This document shows, piece after piece, positions 9,013-19,325 of a stretch of DNA of 64,000 bases. How positions within the stretch are numbered: position 1 is the first letter of the stretch; every line of letters starts with the position of its first letter. The DNA is from an uncultured Gemmatimonadales bacterium. GTDB lineage: Bacteria; Gemmatimonadota; Gemmatimonadetes; Gemmatimonadales; GWC2-71-9. The translations under genes and the position numbers were made by a program. The stretch covers positions 672,001-736,000 of the forward strand of contig CAWJIM010000019.1 in the NCBI GenBank assembly GCA_963842945.1, in the 5' to 3' direction. Under the pieces are notes generated by a model. The model worked only from the letters and a program-made list of their open reading frames with translations. It did no database searches and had not been told where the DNA came from.

Positions 9013-11048
9013 ATGCTCCCAAAGCTAGGCTGGCTTCTGGTCGCCCTCGTCGGCGCGGCGGGCTGGGGCATGCTCGCCCTCCACGGGGCGAGGCGGTCAG
9101 CGCCGCCTGGCTGGTGCTGGCCGCGGTCGGGACCTACCTCGTCGCCTTCCGCTTCTACAGCCGCTTCCTCGCCGATCGCGTCTTCGGTCTCGACGACCGC
9201 CGCGCCACCCCCGCCGAGCGCCTGGCCAACGGGCGCGACTACGTGCCCACCGGCCGATGGGTCCTGTTCGGCCACCACTTCGCCGCGATCGCCGGCGCCG
9301 GGCCGCTCGTCGGGCCCGTCCTCGCCGCCCAGTTCGGCTACCTCCCGGGCACCATCTGGATCGTCTTCGGCGTTGTGTTCGGCGGCGCGGTGCAGGACTT
9401 CATCATCCTCTTCGGCTCCATGCGTCGCGACGGCAAGTCGCTGGGCCAGATGGCGAAGGAGGAGACCGGACCGTTCACCGGCATGATGGCGATGGTCGCG
9501 ATCCTCGCGATCATGGTGATCCTGCTGGCGGTGCTCGCGCTGGTGGTCGTGAACGCGCTGCGGGACAGCCCGTGGGGCGTCTTCACCATCCTCTGCACCA
9601 TCCCCATCGCGATCCTGATGGGCTTCTGGATGAAGGTGTGGCGCCCCGGGAAGACGCTGGAGGCGTCGGCGTTCGGCGTCGCGCTCCTCCTGCTCGCGCT
9701 GGTGGGCGGCCGCTACGTGGCCGAGTCGCCCACGCTGGCCCCGCTCTTCACCCACTCGGCGCTCACCATCGCCTACGGCATGATCGCCTACGGCTTCATC
9801 GCCAGCGTGCTGCCGGTGTGGATGCTGCTCTGCCCGCGGGACTACCTCTCCACCTTCATGAAGATCGGCACCATCCTCCTGCTCGCGCTGGGGATCCTGG
9901 TGGTGCTGCCGCCGCTCAGCATGCCGGCGATGACGCGCTTCATCGACGGCACCGGGCCGGTCTTCGCGGGCAAGCTCTTTCCCTTCGCCTTCATCACCAT
10001 CGCCTGCGGCGCGATCAGCGGGTTCCACGCCCTGGTGGCCTCGGGCACCACGCCCAAGATGCTCACCCGCGAGAGCGATGCCCGCCTCATCGGCTACGGC
10101 GGCATGCTCATGGAATCATTCGTCGCGGTGATGGCGATGTGCGCCGCGGCCGTGCTCGACCCGGGCGTCTACTTCGCGATCAACGTGCCGCTCGCGACGC
10201 TGGGCGGCAGCCTCGAAACGGCGGCGGAGACCATCCGGAGCTGGGGCTTCGCGGTGACGCCGGAGCAGATGACCGCCCTCGCCGCGTCGGTGGGCGAGAG
10301 TACCCTGCTCTCCCGCACCGGCGGCGCGCCGTCGCTGGCGGTCGGCATGGCCCACATCTTCAGCGGCGCGTTCGGCCAGGGCCTGATGGCGCTCTGGTAC
10401 CACTTCGCCATCATGTTCGAGGCGCTCTTCATCCTCACCACGGTGGACACCGGGACTCGGGTCGGCCGCTTCATGCTCCAGGAGCTGGCCGGACACGTCT
10501 GGAAGCCGCTGGGCCGCACCTCGTGGTACCCGAGCATCGTCCTCGCCTCCGGGCTGGTCGTCGCCGGCTGGGGCTACTTCCTGGTGCAGGGCGTGCTCGA
10601 TCCGCTGGGCGGAATCAACTCGCTCTGGCCGCTGTTCGGGATCAGCAACCAGCTGCTCGCCTCGGTGGCGCTCTGCGTGGGGACGACGCTCCTCATCAAG
10701 GGCGGGAAGGCGCGCTACGCCTGGGTCACGCTGCTGCCGCTCGCGTGGGTGCTGCTGGTGACCCTGACCGCCGGCTGGCAGAAGGTGTTCGCGGCCGACC
10801 CCCGGCTCGGCTTCCTGGCCCACGCGGCGGTCACCGCGCAGCAGGTGGCCGACGGCACGATGGATCCCGCGCGCGGCGCGCGCCTGATCTTCAACGACCG
10901 GCTCGACGCGGTCGTCGCGATCTCCTTCATGCTGGTCACGCTGCTGGTGGTGGTGGCGTCGGCGCGCGAGTGGGTGCTGGTGCTGACCCGGCGGAAGCCG
11001 GCGCGGGTGCAGGAGAGTCCGTTCGTGGAGACGGCGTATGTGGGCTAG
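9013..11048 (+). CDS. cstA: Carbon starvation CstA family transporter; frameshift near 9090
   Basis: GHHFAAIAGAGPLVGP, ACGAISGFH, LWYHFAIMFEALFILT, WPLFGISNQLL; N-terminus in ORF 9013. Confidence 0.92.
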
Positions 11049-11242
11049 GGCGACGGGCTGGCGCGGAGCGTGTCGCCGCGGCCCTGAGCGCGGTCCGCCG
11101 GGTGGCGGGAATGCCGGACTACGCGGCCCACCTCGAGCACCTCCGGCGCTGTCACCCCGAGCGCGCCGTGCCCACCGAGCGCGAGTACTTCGAGCAGTAC
11201 GTCGCCGCCCGCTACGGCGACGGCCCCACCCGCTGCTGCTGA
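11038..11242 (+). CDS. YbdD/YjiX family small CstA-associated protein; apparent frameshift near the start
   Basis: GMPDYAAHLEHLRRCHP...EREYF...RYGDGPTRCC directly after cstA. Confidence 0.85.
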
Positions 11243-12126
11243 GCCGGCAGCTCCGCGAGCCACGCCGTCAGCCACTTCCCCGTCCGCGAGATCACGGCCG
11301 AGCTGTCGTTGGCCAGAAAGTCGTAGCCGCCCCGGCTCAGCGCGGGATCGGCGTAGACTCCACGCGCGCGAGCCTGCTTCCGGGCGTCGAGCAGCGCGGT
11401 CATCGCCGCGCGGGTGCCGATCCAGAGCAGCGCGTCCGAGGCGCGCGAGCCGTAGCGCACGGGCACGCCGAAGCTGTCCGGCGCCGCGTACACCCGTGAC
11501 AGCAGCGGGATGGCGGACGTGTCGGCTGAGAAGGACAGCAGCGTCAGGTAGCGCACTTTGAGCTCGGGATCCTCCGCGGCGAGGAACCGAGCCTGCAGCG
11601 AGTCCGAAGCCGCACGTCCCAGGCGGCCCAGCACCCAGGCATCGCCCACGCCGTAGCGCCGGCTGGGAACCAGCGCGAGGAGATCCTTCAGCACCGGCGC
11701 ATCTCCGCGGACGGCGCGCTCCCGCTCGAGCTGGACGGCGCGGAGCGGCGCGAGCAGGTCGGCGGGGTCCTGCCCTGGCGGCGCCTCCACTCTGCCGGCC
11801 TCGATCCTTTCGGTCATTCGCGCCGCGCTGTCGGCGTACGCACGATCGCGCAGCTCCGCGAGGCGGGTGAGTGCCAGCGGTGCATCGTTCCACGGCGCGT
11901 CACCGCGGAGCGCCGCCTGGAGTCGGCGCCAGAGCACGACCGGCTGTTTTTCCTGCAGGACGCGCAGGGCGGAGTCGGCGGCAGGGGTGCCGGCGCGGAG
12001 CCCCTCGTGCAGCTCGGAGTAGGTGGCGCGCGCCGGATCCCCCACCCGGATGAGCACCTGCCCCTCCGCAGGGTGCGCCCAGCGGGTGCACGCCAGGAGC
12101 ATCACAGCCGCCCACACTCTCGTCAT
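11212..12126 (-). CDS. Hypothetical secreted helical (HEAT-like) protein
   Basis: Signal-like MTRVWAAVMLLAC; ATG overlaps the MFS stop; host-like codon usage. Confidence 0.6.
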   Translation of the reverse strand: MTRVWAAVMLLACTRWAHPAEGQVLIRVGDPARATYSELHEGLRAGTPAADSALRVLQEKQPVVLWRRLQAALRGDAPWNDAPLALTRLAELRDRAYADSAARMTERIEAGRVEAPPGQDPADLLAPLRAVQLERERAVRGDAPVLKDLLALVPSRRYGVGDAWVLGRLGRAASDSLQARFLAAEDPELKVRYLTLLSFSADTSAIPLLSRVYAAPDSFGVPVRYGSRASDALLWIGTRAAMTALLDARKQARARGVYADPALSRGGYDFLANDSSAVISRTGKWLTAWLAELPAQQQRVGPSP

Positions 12127-13309
12127 TGGCTCTCCGCGATTCTCGGCCTGGTGACGACCAGCCAGAGGCCCACGGCGAGGACCATGCCCGCCGCGGACGC
12201 CCAGAGTGCGCGCGCCCCTCCGAAGTTCTGATACAAGGCGCCGAACCCCACGCCCGGCCGGCAGGGCCGCGACACCGATCAGCGCGTGGTAGCTCCCGAA
12301 CCCGCGGCCGGTTCGCACCGGCGCGAGCCGCGCCACCAGGGCGCGCTCCGCCGACTCCGTCAGCCCCGCGACCGCCCCCAGCACGAGGAACACGACCACC
12401 GCCGCGCGCGGCGACAGCCGGCCTGCCAGCGCCGCGGCGACGCACCGCGAAGAGCAACCCGCCCGAAGCCACCGCGATCCTGGGGCCGAGGCGATCGGAG
12501 AGCCAGCCACCTGGGTAGGACGTCGCGCTCCGCACGACGTGGAGCCCGGCCCAGACCAGCGGAATCCAGGCGACCAGCACGCCCAGGTCCTGCAGTCTCA
12601 GCAGAAGCAACGCCTCGGGCAGGCGGAGGAAGGTAAGCGCGGCAAGCAGAAGCACCGGCGCCCAGAACACCCTACCCGTCGCGTCCACCGGGCGGGCCGT
12701 GCTCGTCTCGGCGGGCAGGCTCATTGGGCTCGGCCGCCGCAGAAGCGGCACCAGCACCAGGCAGACGAGCAGGCCCGGCACCGCGCTCCAGCCGATCACG
12801 TCTCGAACGCCGAGCCCCCGCTCCAGGAGCAGCCACGCCACCACCGAGCCGAGCACCGCGCCGAAGTGGTCGGCGGCCCGGTGGAAGCCGAACGCACGGC
12901 CGCGGAGGTCGGGCGGAGTGACCGCGGCGATCCATGCATCCCGCGCGGGCGTGCGGAGGCCCTTCCCCACTCGGTCGATGACCCGGAATCCCACCACCTG
13001 CCAAGCCGCACCTGCGACCGCGATCAGCGGGCGCACCAGTACCGCGGTCGCGTAGCCCACCAGGATGAGCGGACCACGCCAGCCGGGTCGGTCGGCAAGA
13101 CGTCCACTCACCACCTTCAGCGCCGCCGACGTGAGCTCCGCCGCGCCGTCGAGCAGCCCGAGCACCAGGGCACCCCCGCCGAGCGGCCCGGTCACCAGCG
13201 CCGGCAGGAGCGGATACACCATCTCGCTCGCGAGATCGTTGAAGAGCGAGACAACGGACAGCCCTTTGACCGTGCGCGGCACTCCGCCGCCGGGCGAGCG
13301 GGCGCTCAC
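12123..13309 (-). CDS. MFS transporter; frameshifts near 12450 and 12250
   Basis: VSLFNDLASEMVYPLLP, SGRLADR, DRVGKGLRTPARDA, RGRAFGFHRAADHFGAVLG; C-terminus spread over adjacent frames. Confidence 0.85.
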
Positions 13310-13559
13310 GCCGAGGCGGGCTCAGGCGTGAAGACCTCGAGCGCGCGGGGAACGACCTCGAATCGTCCGGGCGTCTCGGCGCCGAGCTCTCCATCCACGT
13401 CGATCGGCATGGGACGGCGGGTGCGGATGTCGAACACTTTCGCGCGCAGGCCTCCACCTCGCGCCGCTTCACGTGGGTGCCCCACTTCAGGAAGGGCGCC
13501 ACCAGCTCCAGGCCGGCAGCAGGAGCAGAGCGCGGGACGGCATCGCCCAAAGCTAGCAT
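13306..13559 (-). pseudogene. C-terminal fragment of a YegS/diacylglycerol kinase family protein
   Basis: LVAPFLKWGTHVKRREVE / LRAKVFDIRTRRPMPIDVDGE...FEVVPRALEVF; no N-terminal GGDGT domain and no room for it. Confidence 0.6.
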
Positions 13560-13573
13560 GTATGTTTGTCGCC

Positions 13574-14602
13574 ATGCCCGCCGAGTCCGCCCGCTTCCAT
13601 GAATCCAATCTCTGGGCCACACCGATCCGGGACTTCGGCCTCACAATCGAAGGGACTCCGCTCCAGCCGATCATCGAGGAGTTCGAGGAGGAGCTGCGCC
13701 GGGTCGGGCTCACCCGGATCCATCCCCGGTTCTATCTCTCCACCGAGTGGGGCGTGCCCTTCGAGTCGGTGGCGATCGGCATCCCCTTCTATCTCGCTCG
13801 GCCCGACCTGACCGCGCTGCACGTCGAGCGCACCGGCCTGGTCGAAGGATTCGACCGGGCGGACGTCCTGCGATATCTCCGGCACGAGATGGGGCACGTG
13901 GTGAACTACGCCTACCGCCTCTACGACCAGGAGGAGTGGGTCAAGCAGTTCGGCTCCATCACCCAGCCGTACGCGGAAGAGTACCGGCCCGAGCCCTTCA
14001 GCCGGCGGTACGTGCGCCACCTCCCGGGCTGGTACGCCCAGAAGCATCCGGACGAGGACTGGTCGGAGACGTTCGCGGTGTGGATGACGCCGGAGCTGGA
14101 CTGGCGCAAGGAGTACAGCGGTTGGCCGGTGGCGGCGGCCAAGCTGGCCTATTGCGACCGGACCATGGCGGCGCTGCGCGATCGCGACCCGATGGTCACC
14201 AACGTCGAGCTCGACGAGGACGTCGGGGACATCGAGTACTCGCTGGGTCACTACTATCGGGACGAGGCGATCGGCCTCGGTGAGGTGCCCCCGGGTCTCG
14301 ACGGGGCGATCCGCGCGATCTTCGAGGACCTCCGCTCGTCCGACGGCGCGCCGGGCGAGCCGCTCGCGCCCGCGGGAGCGCTCATCCGCCGGCTGGAGCC
14401 CGATCTCCTGACCAACGTCTTCCGCTGGACAGGCCACTTTCCCGAGCGGACCCGGGTGCTGATCCGCTATCTCGCCGACCGGGCGGAGCAACTGCGGCAG
14501 GGCTACCTGCCGGGTCGCGAGGCCGCGGCGACGGTCGCGGTGACGACGCTGGTGACAGGACTGGCGATGAACCACGTGCAGCGGGGGAGCTATCTGCCGT
14601 AG
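13574..14602 (+). CDS. Putative zinc-binding metallopeptidase
   Basis: LRHEMGH (HExxH), YAQKHPDEDWSETFAVW; TATGTT 7 nt before ATG 13574. Confidence 0.85.
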   Translation: MPAESARFHESNLWATPIRDFGLTIEGTPLQPIIEEFEEELRRVGLTRIHPRFYLSTEWGVPFESVAIGIPFYLARPDLTALHVERTGLVEGFDRADVLRYLRHEMGHVVNYAYRLYDQEEWVKQFGSITQPYAEEYRPEPFSRRYVRHLPGWYAQKHPDEDWSETFAVWMTPELDWRKEYSGWPVAAAKLAYCDRTMAALRDRDPMVTNVELDEDVGDIEYSLGHYYRDEAIGLGEVPPGLDGAIRAIFEDLRSSDGAPGEPLAPAGALIRRLEPDLLTNVFRWTGHFPERTRVLIRYLADRAEQLRQGYLPGREAAATVAVTTLVTGLAMNHVQRGSYLP

Positions 14603-14620
14603 TGTCATCCTTTCCAGCGC

Positions 14621-15604
14621 CTACTTCTTCCCCTTCCTCCTCGCCAGTGCCAGATCCACGATCCGCTCGATCAGCCTCGGGTAGTCCAGCCCCGCCGCGC
14701 CGGCCGCCATCGCGAACTCGCTGTCCTTCTCCAGATAGCAGCTGGCGTTGACCTCGAGCACGTAGATGTCGCCGGTGTCGGTGAGGCGGAGATCCACCCG
14801 ACCGTAATCGCGGACCCGGAGCGCCCGATAGGCATCCACCGCGACCTTCTGGAGCCGCGCGCGCAGCTCGTCGGGCAGCTGGGCCAGGACCGAGCGGGTG
14901 CCCTTGTACTCCTTGCTGCGCTCGTCCCACTTGGCCTTGCTGTCCATCACCTTGGGCACGCCTTCCGGAAAGCCGGTGAAGTCGATCTCCACCGGCGGCA
15001 GCGCCTTGGGCTGGGAGTTCCCGATCACGCCGACGTAGAACTCGCGCCCGTCGATGAACTCCTCCGCCAGCGCGGCGTCGTCGAGCTCCTTCCGGATCGC
15101 GCTCACCCGCTCCATCAGCCCGGTCCAGTCCTGCACCAGCGACTTGCCGCCGATCCCCAGGGAAGCATCGGAGCGCAGCGGCTTGACGAACAGCGGCATC
15201 CGGAGGTTGCCGCCGGTCTCGAAGCCGGTCTCCCGCGAGAAAACGGCGAAGCGGGGATAGAGGATCTCCTCGAAGGCGAGGAGCCGCTTGGTGAGACCCT
15301 TGTCCTGGCTCAGGTACAGCTCACCGGGACCGCTGCCGGTGTAGTCCACGCCCAGCAGGTCCAGCAGGCCGGTCACCGGGATGTCGCCGAAGACGTTGTC
15401 GCCGAACATCTCCATCAGGTTGAACACCAGGTCCGGCTTGCGCCGGGAGAGCCCGGCGATGAGCCGCTTGACGTCCCCGTGGACGCCGAGCACCGAGACC
15501 CGGTGGCCCAGCTTGCGCAGCGTGCGCGCGACCTGGCGCACGACCGGGTCGTACTCCTTGGAGTTCTCGCCATCGTCCAGGTACGTCAGGACGGTGATCT
15601 TCAC
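14621..15604 (-). CDS. D-Ala-D-Ala ligase-like ATP-grasp protein
   Basis: PDLVFNLME, YTGS, DK, FVKP..DASLGI, EEFIDGRE, YGRVDLR, LEVNA. Confidence 0.88.
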   Translation of the reverse strand: MKITVLTYLDDGENSKEYDPVVRQVARTLRKLGHRVSVLGVHGDVKRLIAGLSRRKPDLVFNLMEMFGDNVFGDIPVTGLLDLLGVDYTGSGPGELYLSQDKGLTKRLLAFEEILYPRFAVFSRETGFETGGNLRMPLFVKPLRSDASLGIGGKSLVQDWTGLMERVSAIRKELDDAALAEEFIDGREFYVGVIGNSQPKALPPVEIDFTGFPEGVPKVMDSKAKWDERSKEYKGTRSVLAQLPDELRARLQKVAVDAYRALRVRDYGRVDLRLTDTGDIYVLEVNASCYLEKDSEFAMAAGAAGLDYPRLIERIVDLALARRKGKK

Positions 15605-17220
15605 TCCTCCCCCAGCTCCATGCCCCAGCGCGCCAGCGACACCGGCAGTCCGCCGTACGCCAGCAGCTCGTCGTGGAACGTCTTCGGCCGGAACGACGCC
15701 CCCGCGCGCTCCCGGTAGGCGTCGCGCAGGCGGAGCAGCTCGCGCCGCCCCACCGCATAGCAGAGCTGGTAGGTCGGGTACGCGCAGTAGCGCCGCACCT
15801 CGGCCTCCGCGCTCGCCCGCTCGATCGGCAGGTGCTCCACCATGTAGTCCACCGCCTCCGCCGGCGCCATGCCGCGGGTGTGGAGGCCGACGTCGAGCAC
15901 GATCCGGATCGCGCGCCAGAGCAGATTCACCATCCGGAAGAGGCGCGCATGATCCTCGCCGTAGTAGCCCGACTCGTCCATGAGCTGCTCACAGTAGAGC
16001 GCCCAGCCCTCCACCATGACCGGCGTCCAGATGTGCCGCCGCACTTCGGAGGCGAGCCCCTGGGCCGTGACCAGCTGGAGGTGATGGCCGGGATACGCCT
16101 CGTGCGCCACCATCGCGGGGATCGCGTGCCGGCAGTGGCCCCGGCGCTGGCGGGCGCGCACCTCCGGCGGCGCGGACGCGTCGGGCTGGGTGACGTAGAA
16201 CCGCCCGGTCTGCTCCGAGAGAAAGATCGGCGGCGGCTCGTAGGCCGCGAAGGGCACCAGCGCCACCAGGAACGCGGGCGTCGGCACCACGTCCACCGGA
16301 TCGTGCGGGATGCTCACCAGCTCCCGCTCGGCGACGAAGGCATGCGCCCGGTCCAGCTCCGCGCGGTAGACCGGCAGGAGTGCCTCCAGGTCCGGTGCGT
16401 CGCCCCGCAGCTCCTCGACCAGCTCGCGCCACGGCCGCGCACCCATCCTTTCCGCCAGCGCGGCCAGCTCGGCCTCGGTCTCCTCCTGGAGGTGAAGCCC
16501 GTAGCGCCAGAGCTCGGGCGCGCTGGCGGTCAGCGCGTGCTCGTGGTGGAGCCGGCGGCTGAACTGATCCTCTCCCACCGCGAACGCGTGCGGGTCGGAG
16601 GCGGGCTCGATCTCGTCCCGGAGCGCGGTGCCGAAGCGCTTGAGCGCTTCCAGCGCCTTCCCCGCCGCCTCGTGGAGATCGGCGCGCAGCTCGGGGGATT
16701 CCGGCTCGAGCGCGGCGACCAGCTGCACCACCAGCTCGCCCCCGCCGCCCAGCATGCCGAGGGTGGTGTCCACGAACACGGAGGGCGGCTCGTCGAGCGT
16801 GTCGCGCGCCGCGTCGAGGAACGCGGGGACGGCTCGGAGCCGCTCGAGCGCGGCCGGCGCGCGCTCGGCCAGCCCGCCGTTCCGCCGCGCGAGCATCGCG
16901 TAGAGCCCCTGGAAGACGTGCGACAGCCAATAGGCCGGGTTGCGCACGTGGGGCTGCTCGTGCTCCAGCCGGAAGGTCGCGCCGCGAATCTCTCCCAGAA
17001 GGGCGGTGCGGTCGATCTCCGCCTGCAGGTCGTCGCTCTCCAGCTCCTCGACCGCGCCCGCGACCGACCGCAGGGCGGAGAGATGCCCGCGCACCGTGCC
17101 GGTGTCGAACCGGCCGAGCCGCGAGTCGTGCGAGACCAGCCCCGCCGCGCTCGCGGCGGCGGGGTCGAAGTGGTACTTGAGATCGAGATAGGACCGGCAG
17201 AGGTCGTCAACCGACGCCAT
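15601..17220 (-). CDS. DUF885 family protein
   Basis: AHEAYPGHHLQ, EGWALYCE, RIVLDVGLH, EVRRY, FHDELLAYG. Confidence 0.9.
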   Translation of the reverse strand: MASVDDLCRSYLDLKYHFDPAAASAAGLVSHDSRLGRFDTGTVRGHLSALRSVAGAVEELESDDLQAEIDRTALLGEIRGATFRLEHEQPHVRNPAYWLSHVFQGLYAMLARRNGGLAERAPAALERLRAVPAFLDAARDTLDEPPSVFVDTTLGMLGGGGELVVQLVAALEPESPELRADLHEAAGKALEALKRFGTALRDEIEPASDPHAFAVGEDQFSRRLHHEHALTASAPELWRYGLHLQEETEAELAALAERMGARPWRELVEELRGDAPDLEALLPVYRAELDRAHAFVAERELVSIPHDPVDVVPTPAFLVALVPFAAYEPPPIFLSEQTGRFYVTQPDASAPPEVRARQRRGHCRHAIPAMVAHEAYPGHHLQLVTAQGLASEVRRHIWTPVMVEGWALYCEQLMDESGYYGEDHARLFRMVNLLWRAIRIVLDVGLHTRGMAPAEAVDYMVEHLPIERASAEAEVRRYCAYPTYQLCYAVGRRELLRLRDAYRERAGASFRPKTFHDELLAYGGLPVSLARWGMELGEE

Positions 17221-17250
17221 GGATCCTCGAGCAGGAGTCCCGAGGCTGCA

Positions 17251-18231
17251 TCAACCTTTCGTCGTCACTTCTGAATGATCGCCCAGTGACGCCGTTCCGC
17301 GGTAGCCCTCCAGCACCACGTGATTCCCGAGCAGGGCGCCGTCGAGCGCGGAGTCGGCGATGGACGCGTCCCGGCCGACGATCGTGTTGCGCAGCCTGCT
17401 GCCGCGCACCTTGGTGCCGCGCTCGAGGGAGACGTTGGGCCCGATCTCGCTCCGCTCCACGGTGACGCCGTCCTCGATGTACACCGGATCGTGGATGGTG
17501 ACGCCGGGAAAGTCCACCCGCCGCGCGGCGCCTTTCCGCAGCAGCGTCTCGTTGGTCTCCAGCAGCGCGCCCGGTGCCCCGCAGTCGTACCAGCCGCCCA
17601 CCTCCGCGGTCAGGATGCGCTTGCCGTGCTCGATCATCCACTGGAAGGCGTCGGTGAGGAAGTATTCGCCCTTGTTCTTCGGGCTGGCGAGCACGTGGTC
17701 GATCCCCTGCCACAGGCTGTCCACCGCCCGGATGTAGTAGAGCCCGATGTTGGCGAGCTTGGAGATGGGCGTGCTCGGCTTCTCGACGATGCGGGTCATG
17801 TAGCCCTCGTCGTCGGTCACCACCACGCCGAAGCGTTGGTAGTCTTCCACCTCCTTGGCCCAGATGATCCCGTCGGCGTCGGTACGGTTGATCAGGGTGA
17901 GATCCGCCTCGAACACCGTGTCCACGAAGATGATCAGCACCGGCTCGCGCACGTGAGGGCGGGCGAGGTTGACCGCGCCGGCGGTGCCGTCCTGCACCTT
18001 CTGCTCGATGAAGCGGGACGGGATCGGGTAGCGGGCGCGGGCATAGGCCTCGACCTGCTCCTTGAGATGTCCGGTGATGAAGATCAGCTCGCTCACGTCC
18101 AGACCATCGAGCCGATCCATCACCCAGTCCATCACCGGCCGGCCCGCCACCTTCAGCAGGGGCTTGGGCACGAGATGGGTATGCGGACGGAGCCGGGTGC
18201 CCTTCCCCGCGAGCGGAATGATCACCTGCAT
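17251..18231 (-). CDS. Sugar-phosphate nucleotidyltransferase
   Basis: MQVIIPLAGKGTRLRPHT...PKPLL, EKP, GEYFLTDA, C-terminal hexapeptide repeats. Confidence 0.9.
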   Translation of the reverse strand: MQVIIPLAGKGTRLRPHTHLVPKPLLKVAGRPVMDWVMDRLDGLDVSELIFITGHLKEQVEAYARARYPIPSRFIEQKVQDGTAGAVNLARPHVREPVLIIFVDTVFEADLTLINRTDADGIIWAKEVEDYQRFGVVVTDDEGYMTRIVEKPSTPISKLANIGLYYIRAVDSLWQGIDHVLASPKNKGEYFLTDAFQWMIEHGKRILTAEVGGWYDCGAPGALLETNETLLRKGAARRVDFPGVTIHDPVYIEDGVTVERSEIGPNVSLERGTKVRGSRLRNTIVGRDASIADSALDGALLGNHVVLEGYRGTASLGDHSEVTTKG

Positions 18232-18232
18232 G

Positions 18233-18583
18233 TCAGCCTCGGCCGTAGCGGTCCTGGAGACGCACCAGATCGTCGAGCTCGGGCGTCGATGCCTCGAGCA
18301 CGTCGCTGTCCTCGACGGCTTCGATCTGGTGCACGAGTCCTGGTGGAATGTGTGCGCTCTCGCCCGCCCGGAAGCGCCGTTCCTCCAGCGCATCGGCCGG
18401 CCCGGTGCGCAGGATCAGCTCGCCCCGGAAGACGTGCATCGTCTCGTCCTTGCGGTTGTGGTACTGGAGACTAAGCACATGCCCGGCGCGCACGTGGAGC
18501 ACCTTGCCCACGTAGCGGTCGGTGCGGGCCCAGATCAGCTCGTATCCCCACGGCTTCTCGACTCGGTACGGGACCTCGGCCAC
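18233..18583 (-). CDS. Cupin domain protein (mannose-6-phosphate isomerase-like)
   Basis: VEKPWGYE, LSLQYH..KDET, HIPPGLVH, EASTPELDDLVRLQDRYGR. Confidence 0.88.
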   Translation of the reverse strand: MAEVPYRVEKPWGYELIWARTDRYVGKVLHVRAGHVLSLQYHNRKDETMHVFRGELILRTGPADALEERRFRAGESAHIPPGLVHQIEAVEDSDVLEASTPELDDLVRLQDRYGRG

Positions 18584-18794
18584 TCGATCTCCACGCGGGT
18601 GTGAGGGTGCGGTAATATAGGCGTGCCTTCGACATACACCCACCGCGATGATTCCCGAGTGGCCGCTGGCGGCCGTGGAGTTGCGCAGTATGGAAGGGGT
18701 GCGGCCTGCCGGCGGCCTCCCCCGCCTGGCCATCGGCTTGGCGTAGGCGTTACACGGCTGAAACCTTCTTTTAGCCTGTATCGTACCGGCGGTA

Positions 18795-18822
18795 TTGACG
18801 AAACGTAGGTCTCTCATACATT
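18795..18822 (+). promoter_or_regulatory. Sigma70-like promoter upstream of the Lrp gene
   Basis: TTGACG-N16-TACATT, 26 nt before the ATG, with GGGAG RBS. Confidence 0.5.
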
Positions 18823-18848
18823 CGACTTACGACTTGGGAGATAGCGTC

Positions 18849-19325
18849 ATGACCGCCCCCGCTCTCGATCACATCTCGCGCCGCATCCTCCAGCTGCTCG
18901 CCGCCGACGGCCGCACCAGCTACCAGGCCATCGCCGACGAGATCGGCCTCTCGCGGCCGGCGGTCATGGAGCGGGTCAAGCGCCTCGAGGAGGCCGGCTT
19001 CATCCGCGGTTACCACGCCTCGCTCGACCGGTCGAAGTGCGGTCTCCCTGTCACCGCGTTCGTGGCCATCCGCTACCCCGTCTCCGAGCACGCCGGCGAC
19101 GATCCGCAGATCCAGGCCCTCGCCGCCAACCCCCACGTGCTCGAGTGCCACCATGTGGCGGGCGACGACTGCTATGTGCTGAAGGTGGCCGCGCCCTCCA
19201 TCGAGAGCCTCGAGGGCGTGCTGCGCGAGATCAAGCGGCCCGGCCACCCGGTGAGCACCCGCACCACCATCGTGCTCTCCACCGTGTTCGAGAAGACCGG
19301 CCTCGCGCCGGTGGAGGCGGACTGA
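18849..19325 (+). CDS. Lrp/AsnC family transcriptional regulator
   Basis: ILQLLAADGRTSYQAIADEIGLSRPAVMERVKRLEEAGFIRGY; ECHHVAGDDCYVLKV; TRTTIVLS. Confidence 0.93.
   Translation: MTAPALDHISRRILQLLAADGRTSYQAIADEIGLSRPAVMERVKRLEEAGFIRGYHASLDRSKCGLPVTAFVAIRYPVSEHAGDDPQIQALAANPHVLECHHVAGDDCYVLKVAAPSIESLEGVLREIKRPGHPVSTRTTIVLSTVFEKTGLAPVEAD

Noticed and set aside
11234..11242. TGC TGC TGA at the end of the YbdD/YjiX protein as a second Sec site
   Set aside because: The family ends in CC or CU; both Cys are already encoded, so the TGA is the normal stop.
12539..13573. Long N-terminal extension of ORF 12539..14602
   Set aside because: Antisense shadow of the MFS gene; the real peptidase starts at about 13574.
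14621..15604. Gene symbol ddl
   Set aside because: Lacks the N-terminal GGxSxE motif of canonical Ddl and is not in a cell-wall cluster.
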